Of a stretch of DNA of 64,000 bases, positions 53,077 through 63,800 are shown in pieces (the stretch's first letter is position 1; the number at the start of each line of letters is the position of its first letter). Under the pieces are notes generated by a model, which saw only the letters and a program-made list of their open reading frames with translations, had not been told where the DNA came from and did not search any database. The stretch comes from Oikopleura dioica (taxonomy: Eukaryota > Animalia > Chordata). Both the position numbers and the translations under genes were made by a program. The DNA lies in contig OU015568.1 in the NCBI GenBank assembly GCA_907165135.1, forward strand, positions 4,216,001-4,280,000, in the 5' to 3' direction.

Positions 53077-53095
53077 ACATCTATTGAACCATGAT

Positions 53096-53305
53096 TGTGG
53101 ATGCATAATATCTCGATTATCAGCGCTTGTCTGCTAGCGCACGCCTCCACACCGATAAGCTCAACCGGGGAGCCTTTCTGTTCATTCTGTTCACTCTATG
53201 TCTTACCGAGCCACAGCATTTACTTTGAAATAAAACAACAATATTGAGACATTACAACTTGACCACTCCTTGCAGCCCAGAGATCAGATTTTATCCACTG
53301 TTACA
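53096..53305 (+). repeat. 5' LTR
   Basis: TGTGGATGC...CTGTTACA, with AATAAA at 53229-53234. Confidence 0.95.
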
Positions 53306-54009
53306 AAGTGGTGACAAAGGTATGTTTTACCCATTTGTTTTCGGAGATTTTTGAGAGATCTGTGAGAGAGAGATCATCATTTTTAAATATTGAAAGTCTA
53401 TTTTTGAGAAATTGTTTTTCAATAATCAATTTTGGTAATTTCATTTACACCAGTGAAAAGGGAGATCGGGGAAAATCATCTGAAGCGAATAAATCAACTT
53501 TGATTCTCGAATGCAAATATGAATAAAAATCTGAAATAAAATTGAATGGCTCTTTTATAATACCGGTAATGTTTTCTTCTTTTCTATAATCTAAAACGAA
53601 AAACTCTTTATATAGAGTTCCAGAAGCTACAGTCATTTTTATTCTAAATACAATCTATCATTTTGCCTGTAAGACCAATTTCATTGGCAAAAGGCTCAAA
53701 GACCAACAAACTTGGCAAACTATTTTTATCTTTTTATGATTTTGAATCCATCTTATCATTATTTAAATGTAGCAAATTTCATTATTCCTTTTATGTTTAA
53801 TTAGTAAACTTCTAAAAATGTGATTTTTCAAAAAATTTTTCTGAAGAATTTCAAAAGTGCATAAAATAAGACAGACGATAAGCAATCGCGTCATAGATAA
53901 AGTGTCGTTCTCACGCGAAAGGGGTCAGACGTTGAGACATTTATGTTTGGGAGACGGGGAGACTCTAGAGCCAAAATGACTCATCGAGATGACGCATATC
54001 AACGAATAA

Positions 54010-54190
54010 GAATCTAGTAAAGGAGAATAAATCGAATGAGAATATTTTTTCAAGAAACTGGCCAATAAGAATCTGACCAATAAGAATCTGACCAATGAGA
54101 ATGTGGCAAATGAGAATATGACTTATGAGAATCTGGCGAATGAGAATCAAGCTTCAAAAATAAATGAGAATCAAGTTGTTGAGAATCGAG
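54010..54190 (+). repeat. Degenerate 15-bp minisatellite (aatRagaatctgRcc) in the LTR-element leader
   Basis: About 10 imperfect copies of aataagaat/aatgagaat. Confidence 0.7.
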
Positions 54191-54890
54191 ACATAAGTCT
54201 TTTAATAAAATATTTTTCTTCAATAGCAATTATTTTTCCAATTAAATGTTTTGAGGCATTAAATTCATATAAATTTTGATTAAGAATGATTTTCTATTCT
54301 CTTTAAACTTAAATATGGGCTCTGGGGAATAACAACTTGTGATGAAGATGAAGTAACGAACGCATAATTATATTTTTATTTTTCTTTAATATAAATGGTC
54401 GAAATTCATTGTGGACATTTAAGAATATTTTTTTTTTCATGTTTCCGAAATAATATATCGCTGATTGGTGGAGATTTCTGAGCGTAAATGGAATTGTCAA
54501 AATACGGGGGAATGAATTTGATAAAGCTTTTTGTAAACTCTGGCCAGTATTTCTACAATCATTTTTTTCAAATAATCATTTTTCTTAACATACACGTGTA
54601 TATTTTTGAGTGAGTGAAGGTGATGAAACGGAGTTTTGAGATGCAATGAGGAGTGAGAGTGACCTTGAGGGTCGATCAAAAAAATTTTTTTTTAATCAAG
54701 TATTGGTGTGGGGCGCGGGGAGTGGTTTAGTTTTTTTTTTGAATTTTTTATCTGGGTTAATTCTTTGAAGAAAAAATAGCAGGGGCTATGAGACTCGGTG
54801 GAGATTATTCGAAAGAAAAATTATTTTGATCATTAAATTTTCATAAAAGTTTTATTCAAGAAATATTATTTATATTTTTATTTATTTCAG

Positions 54891-56111
54891 ATGACCGGAC
54901 TTGTCAAACGTTATGTCAGAATGGAGACAGCAACTCTACCATATTTAAGATGGTTGGGGAAAAAGCATGAGATTTCGGGATATGATTATTTGAATAAAGA
55001 CATGCTGCTCAGAGAGCTCGAGAAGCTCAACATCGGGAATTCTTTTTTAATAACTTATGTTGAAGGCAGTCAGGGAAAGCCGCATTTAATTCCTATCACG
55101 GGTCTGACAAAGATTGGGGATGAGGAGATTCAGTACGCGTTTGATGAAGCGAAGCGTAGATTCATTTCGGGGGAAGATCATGAGCTTTTTCGATTTGATG
55201 ATAAGAGTATTCGTAAGGGTGATTACGGAACGTCAAATGAATCTTCGAGGGCTGTTATGTTTGAATTTTATTCGAATCAGAGGGCATTCGATAAATTTAG
55301 ATGCAAGCGAGTAAGTTTTTCAAGGGAAATTGGAGGAAGTTCAAATGAGAATTCACTTGCTAAGATCGATGATAGAATGGCAGCTTTAAGGGTTGAACTT
55401 GCAAAGATCGAAGATATGAAAAGACAAATTATGGCGGATATAAAAATTCAGGAAGATTTACGTGATTTTTGTGCTCGAGGGTGCCGTGCAAGAGAAGTGA
55501 TTCGGGAATCGAATGGTGATTCGTCCGAGAATGGAGTTGTGAAAGAGGGTATCGAGGGAAATGATCAAATTATTGCGCAGTGTCCTCCATGGGATTATTC
55601 ATATAAACTCAAACTGCCTGTTCTTTTTACTGATGAGACTGACGGGGAAAACAAATTTACAGATGTCAATTCCTGGTTTACCAGCATAACGTTCCTTATG
55701 GATTTGCAAAATATCACTTCGAGAAAGTCAAGACTAGCAAACTTGCTAGCAAACATTGGTGGTTCGCATCAGGGAATGGTGACGAAGGCGTTGAAATTGA
55801 AGGAAAACCCGACTGAGGATGATGTATTGAGTGAATTATTGAAAATTTTGAATTACAATAAAAGTTTTATTGAGCACGAAATCGAGAAATTTCAGATCGA
55901 CAGTAAGAAACAATTGATGACGCAATTTCATGCGTTACGAAATATGGTTGTACTCTTATATGAGAAAACGGCTTTAGGGAAAAATCATGAAATAACAATT
56001 GATCAGATAACATTGCGGGAGTTTAAAGCGAAACTTCCGAAACTAGTTTCAGGAAATATTATTTTTCGACTGGGAATCGAAAATAAAAAGCCGTTAGAAA
56101 TCGTCGAATAA
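54891..56111 (+). CDS. Gag-like protein (406 aa) of the LTR element
   Basis: Single long ORF inside the LTRs. The C-terminal half has capsid-like spacing (LPVLF..D...W+..+..L...; L..LL..L..; F..KLP). Central coiled coil; no zinc knuckle. Confidence 0.72.
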   Translation: MTGLVKRYVRMETATLPYLRWLGKKHEISGYDYLNKDMLLRELEKLNIGNSFLITYVEGSQGKPHLIPITGLTKIGDEEIQYAFDEAKRRFISGEDHELFRFDDKSIRKGDYGTSNESSRAVMFEFYSNQRAFDKFRCKRVSFSREIGGSSNENSLAKIDDRMAALRVELAKIEDMKRQIMADIKIQEDLRDFCARGCRAREVIRESNGDSSENGVVKEGIEGNDQIIAQCPPWDYSYKLKLPVLFTDETDGENKFTDVNSWFTSITFLMDLQNITSRKSRLANLLANIGGSHQGMVTKALKLKENPTEDDVLSELLKILNYNKSFIEHEIEKFQIDSKKQLMTQFHALRNMVVLLYEKTALGKNHEITIDQITLREFKAKLPKLVSGNIIFRLGIENKKPLEIVE

Positions 56112-56305
56112 GCGCAAAAATACTCGATTGTGCATAGGATCATTTGAACAAGTTTGAAGTTATAAGAAAATCAGCGTTACGATAATTGGGTTGTTTTCAT
56201 AAATTTTATCAGTTGACTATTTTAAATGTTTTTCTTTTGACGATTAAATGAAATGAAAAGACGGGTTGAATGAGGGTTAAATTAATATTTATTTAGTGAA
56301 TTATT

Positions 56306-56611
56306 ATGACGATTGGCGATTACAGAACCGATATTGAAAGATCAAAGCTGCTCGACCTTCCATATTTTCTTGAAATAGCCCTTTATGGAGCTTCTTGTTT
56401 TCGTTCAAGATGGGCGACAATGGAAGTCAATCAATTCGATATTCAGATTGTAAAAAGAGCCCTACAAATATTGTCGAATCCTTATTGGGTCAATGAAGTT
56501 CGGACGTTAGAAACGAGTGACGGGGAATTAGCTGTTGATACGGCTATTATGCTTGATGCGTTTTTTTTAATACATGGAAGAATACGAAATTCCGAGGGAC
56601 ACATTTTATGA
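56306..56611 (+). CDS. Accessory ORF of the LTR element (101 aa; frame stays open ~56 codons past the TGA)
   Basis: ORF preceded by an AT tract and atttag acceptor (ends 56296). The in-frame continuation LKSLKLGKRD..CEKGA* runs to ~56782. Confidence 0.5.
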   Translation: MTIGDYRTDIERSKLLDLPYFLEIALYGASCFRSRWATMEVNQFDIQIVKRALQILSNPYWVNEVRTLETSDGELAVDTAIMLDAFFLIHGRIRNSEGHIL

Positions 56612-57103
56612 TTAAAGTCGCTGAAACTGGGTAAGAGGGACATATCTTCTATGAATTTTCGGGCTCTAGATCTTATGTATGAGGGATTTTACGAGAACTT
56701 TAAATTTGAAACAAGGGAAAAATCGCATTTTCAAATGTTTAAGGAGGCGAGGGGCAGTTCAATATGCGAAAAAGGGGCTTAAACATCATCGAATAAAAAT
56801 GCGATGTTTGGATTATTTGGGAAGAAATATGGCTCTGTTGTTATCCAATTTGCTTCTGCTGGAATTAATTCTTTTCAATGGATTGACGATTTTCTGATAT
56901 CCTTTTGGCGCTGCGTGCTTTACGAAAATATCGACATTCAAATTGGTTGTTATTTATCGACGTTTATTTGCTCATGGTGCTATCTTTATCTGGACAGTCG
57001 TAATGGTTTGGATTTATGATGATGCTTGCTTTGGCTTTATTTATTTACTGGATTTGGATTGCGAGGCATGATTAACGACAAAAATTTGAGGGGAGGAAGG
57101 GTT

Positions 57104-57313
57104 TGTGGATGCATAATATCTCGATTATCAGCGCTTGTCTGCTAGCGCACGCCTCCACACCGATAAGCTCAACCGGGGAGCCTTTCTGTTCATTCTGTTC
57201 ACTCTATGTCTTACCGAGCCACAGCATTTACTTTGAAATAAAACAACAATATTGAGACATTACAACTTGACCACTCCTTGCAGCCCAGAGATCAGATTTT
57301 ATCCACTGTTACA
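57104..57313 (+). repeat. 3' LTR
   Basis: Same sequence as 53096-53305, preceded by the polypurine tract. Confidence 0.95.
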
Positions 57314-57502
57314 ATGATAATAAACTTTGAAGAAAAAAGGGACTTTGAGCTTGAAAACAAAAGGAAAGCCAAGTTTACGAGCATGATGTAAAAAGCTGTC
57401 AGAAAATATGTAATTTGTCCATTTTTTCTTGTTTTATGGCGAGAAGGGAAAACGGCTCGCGTACTTAACATTGATCTAAGGTTATCGTTAATAATTTGCG
57501 AG

Positions 57503-58355
57503 ATGAACCGGGCATATTCCGAGCGTCTTCATGTGAAATGCAAGGCTCCCGCAAATCTTACTTTGATACAAATTAAAGGCGGAGTACACGAGATAGGTCT
57601 AAGAGAAAACTGCGTGGTTTCATTGGAGATACGCCAGAATGGAATCGAAGCGTTTACGGAATTTGTCGCTCGAGACATGAGGGGCAAAACAATAAAAGAT
57701 ATATCGGGGATGAAGGTCGCGTATAAACTGAAGGAGGAAACAGCGAAGACATTCGAGAATCTTGACAAAGAACTTCGTCTCTTCATTTTGGAATTCAATC
57801 CGACATTCAAGTAATACAAAAATGTTCTTCCTTTTTAATTATTGAGTAATTAATTTCAGATTTTTCATTGAATTTCATTCCGTACAAAGGCAAGACGTTT
57901 TCTTGGAAAAAGTATCTTCATTAGGCGGAGTAATCTTTATCGCATAATCAATTATTATATACATTCAAACGTGTAGCTCCTGAAAAGCAGATACTTTGGG
58001 AAGATCTCAAAATGCAAGTTTTGTAAGTCGCTCTATGAGCGGCTTGTCACGGTCATTTTCATCCATGATGTCTTCGGATACAAAGAAACCCCAACGAGAT
58101 GAGGATCTTCTTTTCTATTTCAAAGAACTTAGCATTCATCGACTCAATGTTATTAGGAATTATGAACGAAAATTGAAAGAAAGTGCCGACAAAGAACATA
58201 AGTTCAAAAAAGTTGAGGCCCTTATCGGAGAAGTGAACAATGTACTCCGAGATGGTAGCACATCTAATAGTCTACCGTCCCTAAGAACAGAATCCGAAAG
58301 CAACTATTCAAATACTTTCGAAGATGATTTTTCCCAGCCTAATGATGACTACTAA
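57503..58355 (+). CDS. Orphan-family protein with PH-fold-like N-terminal domain, paralogue 2
   Basis: RENC..LE.RQ.G...T.FVARD...K...D...MK..YK.K.E.A......LFIL..N.T.K|FFIEF and ED++FY+K.LS are shared with 45590-46414, with the same intron position. Confidence 0.75.
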
Positions 58356-58922
58356 TGATGATTCACAGCTTCAGAAGGCTCTGATCTTGGTTTCAACAAG
58401 AGAATATTCCGAAGATAAAATTCTGAATATTACATAATCACTTCAACTAACAAATTCGGCCGCTGTGCACAAATTTGCGGATCTAACATTCATTTTTATT
58501 CTGTTATAAAACTCAACATCAAATTTACTCTTGGTTCTTTGCATCACAGTACTACGAATAAAATTCACTTCAATCAAATTTTTACCCCGGCAATGAAAGT
58601 TTCGGCAGAGATTGAAATCAACAAGGAGAATTCTTCAAGTCCTGGCTTGAAAAGAGCTCTGATCTTTCAGCAATTTGAGAGCAAATTTATCTTTGATTTT
58701 AAATGCCATAAAAATCATCTACTTCAGCCTTTTGAATGACTGTAGGATCCAATTAAGCCAAGTAAGAAGCAGTTTTCTAATCACGAACCCGTAGGTTCGG
58801 CTCTACCCAATCATCCACTGCTGATTATGGCACCATGCCAATATGTAGAATTAATCAGTCAATTTTTCATCCAATTTTCCGAAATTCTGACAGCAAATCG
58901 TAAAAAAAAGATAGAGAAAGAA

Positions 58923-60725
58923 ATGAGTCAAATAAGCAAATCAGCGCCTCTTTTAGCCAGAAAAAGAGATAGCAAGGGCGAAGATCAGAATGAAGAAGAA
59001 GGAACCAAGTCCTCTGGGAATAAATGGAGCATTTTGTTCCTACTTGCTGTTTCTCTTGCAAGGAACAGTTTAAATGCATCGTTTTGTTATTAAAGATAAA
59101 GAAATAGTAGCAACTCAGAAAAGGGTTGCCATGGGGATTTTCAACTCGATAACTGGACCTACTCTTCCCGTTCTAGCGCAGGAAAGAGGAGATTAATATC
59201 ATTAGAATCTTGACTTCTTGGTGATATTCTCATTAAAGCATGTCTGTAAATCACCAACCACCGTCAGTTGGATATTCTCCGGCCGATCCGTTGGATTCCT
59301 CATCGGCTCAGGGCAGGGCTCCTTTGTGATAAGAGCTTATCACTAGGAAAGCGCCTTCAAGACTGGATGGCCGAGCGGTCTAAGGCGTTGGATTAAGGCT
59401 CCAATCTCTTCGGGGGCGTGGGTTCGAATCCCACTTCAGTCAAACCTTTTTGAAGATTCTAGAGCCCGAACAAGCACTTTCCTCCGTCTTCGACCGTTTT
59501 GGGATTTCTCAAATGCTCATGCTCTCTATCAGCGTTTTGCTGTGCGCAGTTGGCTTGGCCTTGATGCCGATTTTGACGGATCTTTGGCTCTTGATCATTA
59601 TTGTGACGATGACGGGAATTATTGCTGGATACATTGATGCAGCGATTCAGTGCATTATGTTGAAAGTCTGGGGAGCAAAGAAATCGGCGTCGATTTTGCA
59701 GCTTCATCATTTTACCTTTTCTATCGGTGCTTTTCTCTCTCCGATTTTAGGTAAATAAAGGCCTTAGCAGATGATTTTAATCAATTATTCTAGTGACACC
59801 ATTCTACAGCGGCGACGATGATGTTTGCGTCGACGATACTGATGACAACAACGACCCAGTATGCATTGGAATAGGCGACAATAATGCAATTTTGACCCCA
59901 TTTCTCATCTCTGCTGGTTTCATCGCGGCTGTTTTCGGTCTGATGATTTGGCTGTATTTTGTCGACATCACGGAGAAAATCAAGGAAGACAATCAAGAAT
60001 CCGCGGATGAACGAAAAGAAGATGCTCTTGGTGATTTATGGCATTACTTTATCCCCGTGATCGTTTTCTACTTCTGCATTGTTTCTGGTGAAAATGTTTA
60101 TCAGTCGAATATCTTTTCGGTAAGAAACATGACCTTGTCTCATTTCATAAAGAAAAACTCAGTATGCTGCGTGTAAAGTCGGATGGGACAGTCGGAACGC
60201 TTCGATTCTCAATTCGATCTTTTGGGCTGGATTCGGAATTGGCCGGGGATCAGGAATTTTCTTCAGGTGGAATTTTTTTCTTTCAAAAATAATATTTTAT
60301 TAAGCCGTCTTTTACGACCAAGAACATACATCCTCATCGACCTGTTAATTTGCGCTCTAACGGCAACTTTTCTCTCAATTTTCCCCACTAACGAAATCAT
60401 GCTCTGGATTGGCTCCTTCACTTACGGCCTTGGAATCGCAACACTGTACTCTTGCGGAATCAGTTACAGTCACGAGCTGACGAATGTCTCGGGAAAGTGG
60501 ATAGTCGTTTTTGGAATTGGAAATGCCATCGGAGCAATGTCGATGCCGATCGTTGGAACGGCTCTTGTGTTTGACTCCGGAAGTCCAGAATCGCTGATGT
60601 ATCTTCTCGCCGGTCTTACAGGGCTGAACATTCTGGCGTTTGGTGGAATGCATCTTTTGGGGACTGTTTTTGGTCCTTTGCCAAAGCTGCTCAGAAAAAC
60701 CGCGGAAAAAGAATCTTCATTTTAG
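58923..60725 (+). CDS. MFS transporter, MFSD4/NAGLT1-like
   Basis: GIFNSITGPTLPVLA, VSWIFSGRSVGFLIGS, GIIAGYIDAA, LHHFTFSIGAFLSPIL, ILNSIFWAGFGIGRGSGIF, GNAIGAMSMPIVG; 12-TM pattern. Confidence 0.88.
59361..59442 (+). tRNA. tRNA-Leu (AAG)
   Basis: GACTGGA/TTCAGTC acceptor stem, D-arm TGGCCGAGCGGTCTAAGGC, anticodon loop ATTAAGG, long variable arm, GGTTCGAATCC T-loop, and a T-run terminator at ~59447. Confidence 0.96.
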
Positions 60726-60846
60726 AATTTTTTTTTCATCTTATTAGAATAAATTTTGTTGAAAATTGAATATTTACTGTATTGAAGAATTGGCAGTGCT
60801 TGGTAATAAATAATTGTTGAATGGAAGTGATGATTGAAGTAGATTT

Positions 60847-63800
60847 TCAAGGTGAAACGCCGATGAATGCGTTCCTCCTCGTTCGTTGCTGGTGATCCTC
60901 TTCGGTGACTTCGAAGGAAACATTTTGAGGAAAGGTGCAGGAGCCGTAAGAGACGCTGCGATTCCAACTGTCAGTTTTATTTACATCGATTTTTCTATGA
61001 AGATAAAATGAGAAAACGCTTACCAAGAAATAATTCGTAAAAATTGATAAAAAATATTTTTCTTTTATAAAAATTGGAAACAAAAACATACGTCGGAGGG
61101 CTTTTTGAAAGGCTGTTTGAAGTCTTAATAAAAATATTCGATTATCATCCCTTTTTCTAGTCAAAAACAAACTTACCGATCTTGGTCGGACTCTGGATTA
61201 CTCGAAAAGGTCTCACCAGAATCGATCGTTGAGTCTGTTGCAACTTCTCTCAGCGCCGCCAGCAGCGATTTAATACTGCTGATTTCTAATCAACTACAGT
61301 AAGAGTGTCTTCATAACTTCTGTCTTACCTTGCTTCACGACTTCTTGTTTCTCCTCGAGCCCTTTGATCTGATTGCTCAATTTTCCTATCAGATGATCTT
61401 GCAGAATTATATTCGATTGTTGTCTCTCCCTTTTTTCCTGATCACGGGATAGGTCAGGTGAGGAGATCTCAGAGGAGATCGTTTCCGGATGACGATGGGA
61501 GTTGGAGTGGGAATGGGAGTTGTCATCGTTTGAGTTTTCCACTTGATTGGTTTTTAAGCTCTTTAGCTTGTCCATCAAAGAGCTGAATTTTTGTCGGAAG
61601 CGAAGGAGAAGCAGTACTTACACAGGACTACTGGCTTTCTTCCTGATCGATCCATTTTTGGACGGTGCTTCGGAGCAAAGTGCACTCTTATCCTTGATTT
61701 TCCCGTTGACAGCTTTTGTCTTTCCCTTGAATTTTGAATTCAGGGCATTTCTTCCTGCCGACAGCCATCTTAAATGAATCATAAAAAATGAACAGGGCAG
61801 TTTTCTCGGTAAAAAATATACTTCTAATTCTTGAATGTGATGGTTTCAAGAATATCTCGTTTGATGAATAAGTTGTTAGTCTTGTTAGTTTATTGATTAA
61901 AGCTGGCAGAGGATGCTAAATTTTTATTTTTTCTTACAAGCGCCTTATGCGGGATCTGCCCTCGCAGATAGTTGAAAGCGGAGATATTCTTCTAAAATAT
62001 GAGAGCGTAATTTTTGGAACTATACTGTATGTTTCACACAGTATCAGACTTGAGGTATACCTCTCTCTGAATTTGCGATGAATCATGAAATTACTTACTT
62101 AAGTTTTGTATTATTTTCATTGACCGGAGTCGAGTTGCCTCCTTTTCTGACCATTTTTTCAAGCGCATCAAGTTTTCTGGAAATATACGTCGTCGTTATC
62201 GCTGTGTCATCGACCAAAAACTCTTTTTCCAACGATTGACCGACGGTTTCCGTCGACGTTTTCACACGTCGCCATTGCCAGAGAGCGTCGACATATGATT
62301 TGTGCGCGTGTCGACGGAGTCGATATCTATTTCATCACGCCGATCAATAATAGAAAAGAATTCAATGAATTACTTGGTAAAAGTCATTCTTCGGGCGAAT
62401 CCGTTTCCTCCTTCGTTGTCGCGGTCTTTTTGACGCTGGTAGAATCGCCAAGTCGCTTGAATGAGTTTTGCAGCGGCGTGCCGACGAATCTGATCAGCAC
62501 CTGAAAATTTCGAAATGTTTTTGAAGTAAAATTGAATTACAGTAATATTATAAATTTTTTTTAATAAATTTTAAGTAAATATTTTGCAACTCGCGGTAGA
62601 ACTGCTTCTGAACAGGCAGCAGATATTATTTTTTCCAGATCAATGTTACTGTTTACAATTTTTGGAAAATGTTCGAACTAAAAACATCGTTATGGTGTTT
62701 AATGATAGGCTATCATTGATAGCTTACGTTGTTTTTCTACGGATGCCAAAATCCTCTTCTCATCCGGCGGAATCACCAGCGTATCTGATAAAACTCCAAC
62801 GATCAAAGCAGTTTGAAATATTCCCAAGAGAGACAGAAGCGAGATGATGATTCTAGAGAGCCAGTAGCAAGGAGTGAAATCTCCAAAACCGAGATTTGTG
62901 ATTGTTACTCCCATCATCCAAACAACATCCGTGTACTCTGAAATTCAAATTATAAGAGTCTTCAAAGAAAAACCCTTCTGAAGAGTTTTGAATTGACGTA
63001 CCCATGCATTTTCCGCGAAGTCGCTCGAGGGCAAAAACAATGTATCCGACGGCAAATACGTTGAATAAGTAAAGCGCCATTAACATGGGAAGCGGTTTCT
63101 TTAGAAAGTAGCTCTAAATAATGCATGAAAAACACTTGATACTTGGATGCCTTCTGACCTTCAGAAGAAAGGTTGAAGACAGCTTCACCGAAGCAACCGT
63201 TTTGAGAATCTCGGTCATTCGATGATATCGCATCGGGTGGTGTTCTCGCATGTACTGAAAAGATTTTAAGCATATTTATGGATGAGGACAAAGAACATAC
63301 CTTGACGATATGATAAAGCCTCGCAAAAGTAACAAGCTGCATTTCTGTCGGAAAAAATTTCGGGAATCCTGGCGGTAAGTGAATGACGCATAATATCAGT
63401 TCTGCATAAAGTGCTCCAGCAAGAGGGGAGAAGAATAAGTTCACTGAGTCCGAAAGATGATGCCTAAAACTTATAACTCGAAAGAATGCTATTTCTTGTC
63501 ACCTGACAACAAGAAGTCTTCTCTCTAACTCGGAGTACCACCAAATCAAGCCGACGGTCAAAACCGTCAAGACGGAAATTGTGACTCTGACTGCAAAAGC
63601 CAGTGCTTTGAAAAAGTGTCGTTTTGTCTGTTGCCCGGGATTGTTTTCGAGGATCGAGCTATTTTGAGTTGCATTTTCGTTCCATGAAAATTGGCATCCA
63701 GGATTTTTTACGACGCAGGTGTCTTCAACCACTCCCACGATGTCGCCCTTTTCTTTGTAGTTGAGTTCTATGTCCAGTATGCTTAATACAGTAATTGAGG

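Larger units (their letters stand above)
53096..57313 (+). mobile_element. Non-autonomous LTR retroelement (Gag-like ORF, no pol), very recent insertion
   Basis: 210-bp LTRs at 53096-53305 and 57104-57313 (TG..CA, no difference seen by eye). TSD ATGAT (53091-95, 57314-18). PBS-like TGGTGAC at 53309. PPT GAGGGAGGAAGGG at ~57089-57101. Confidence 0.95.
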
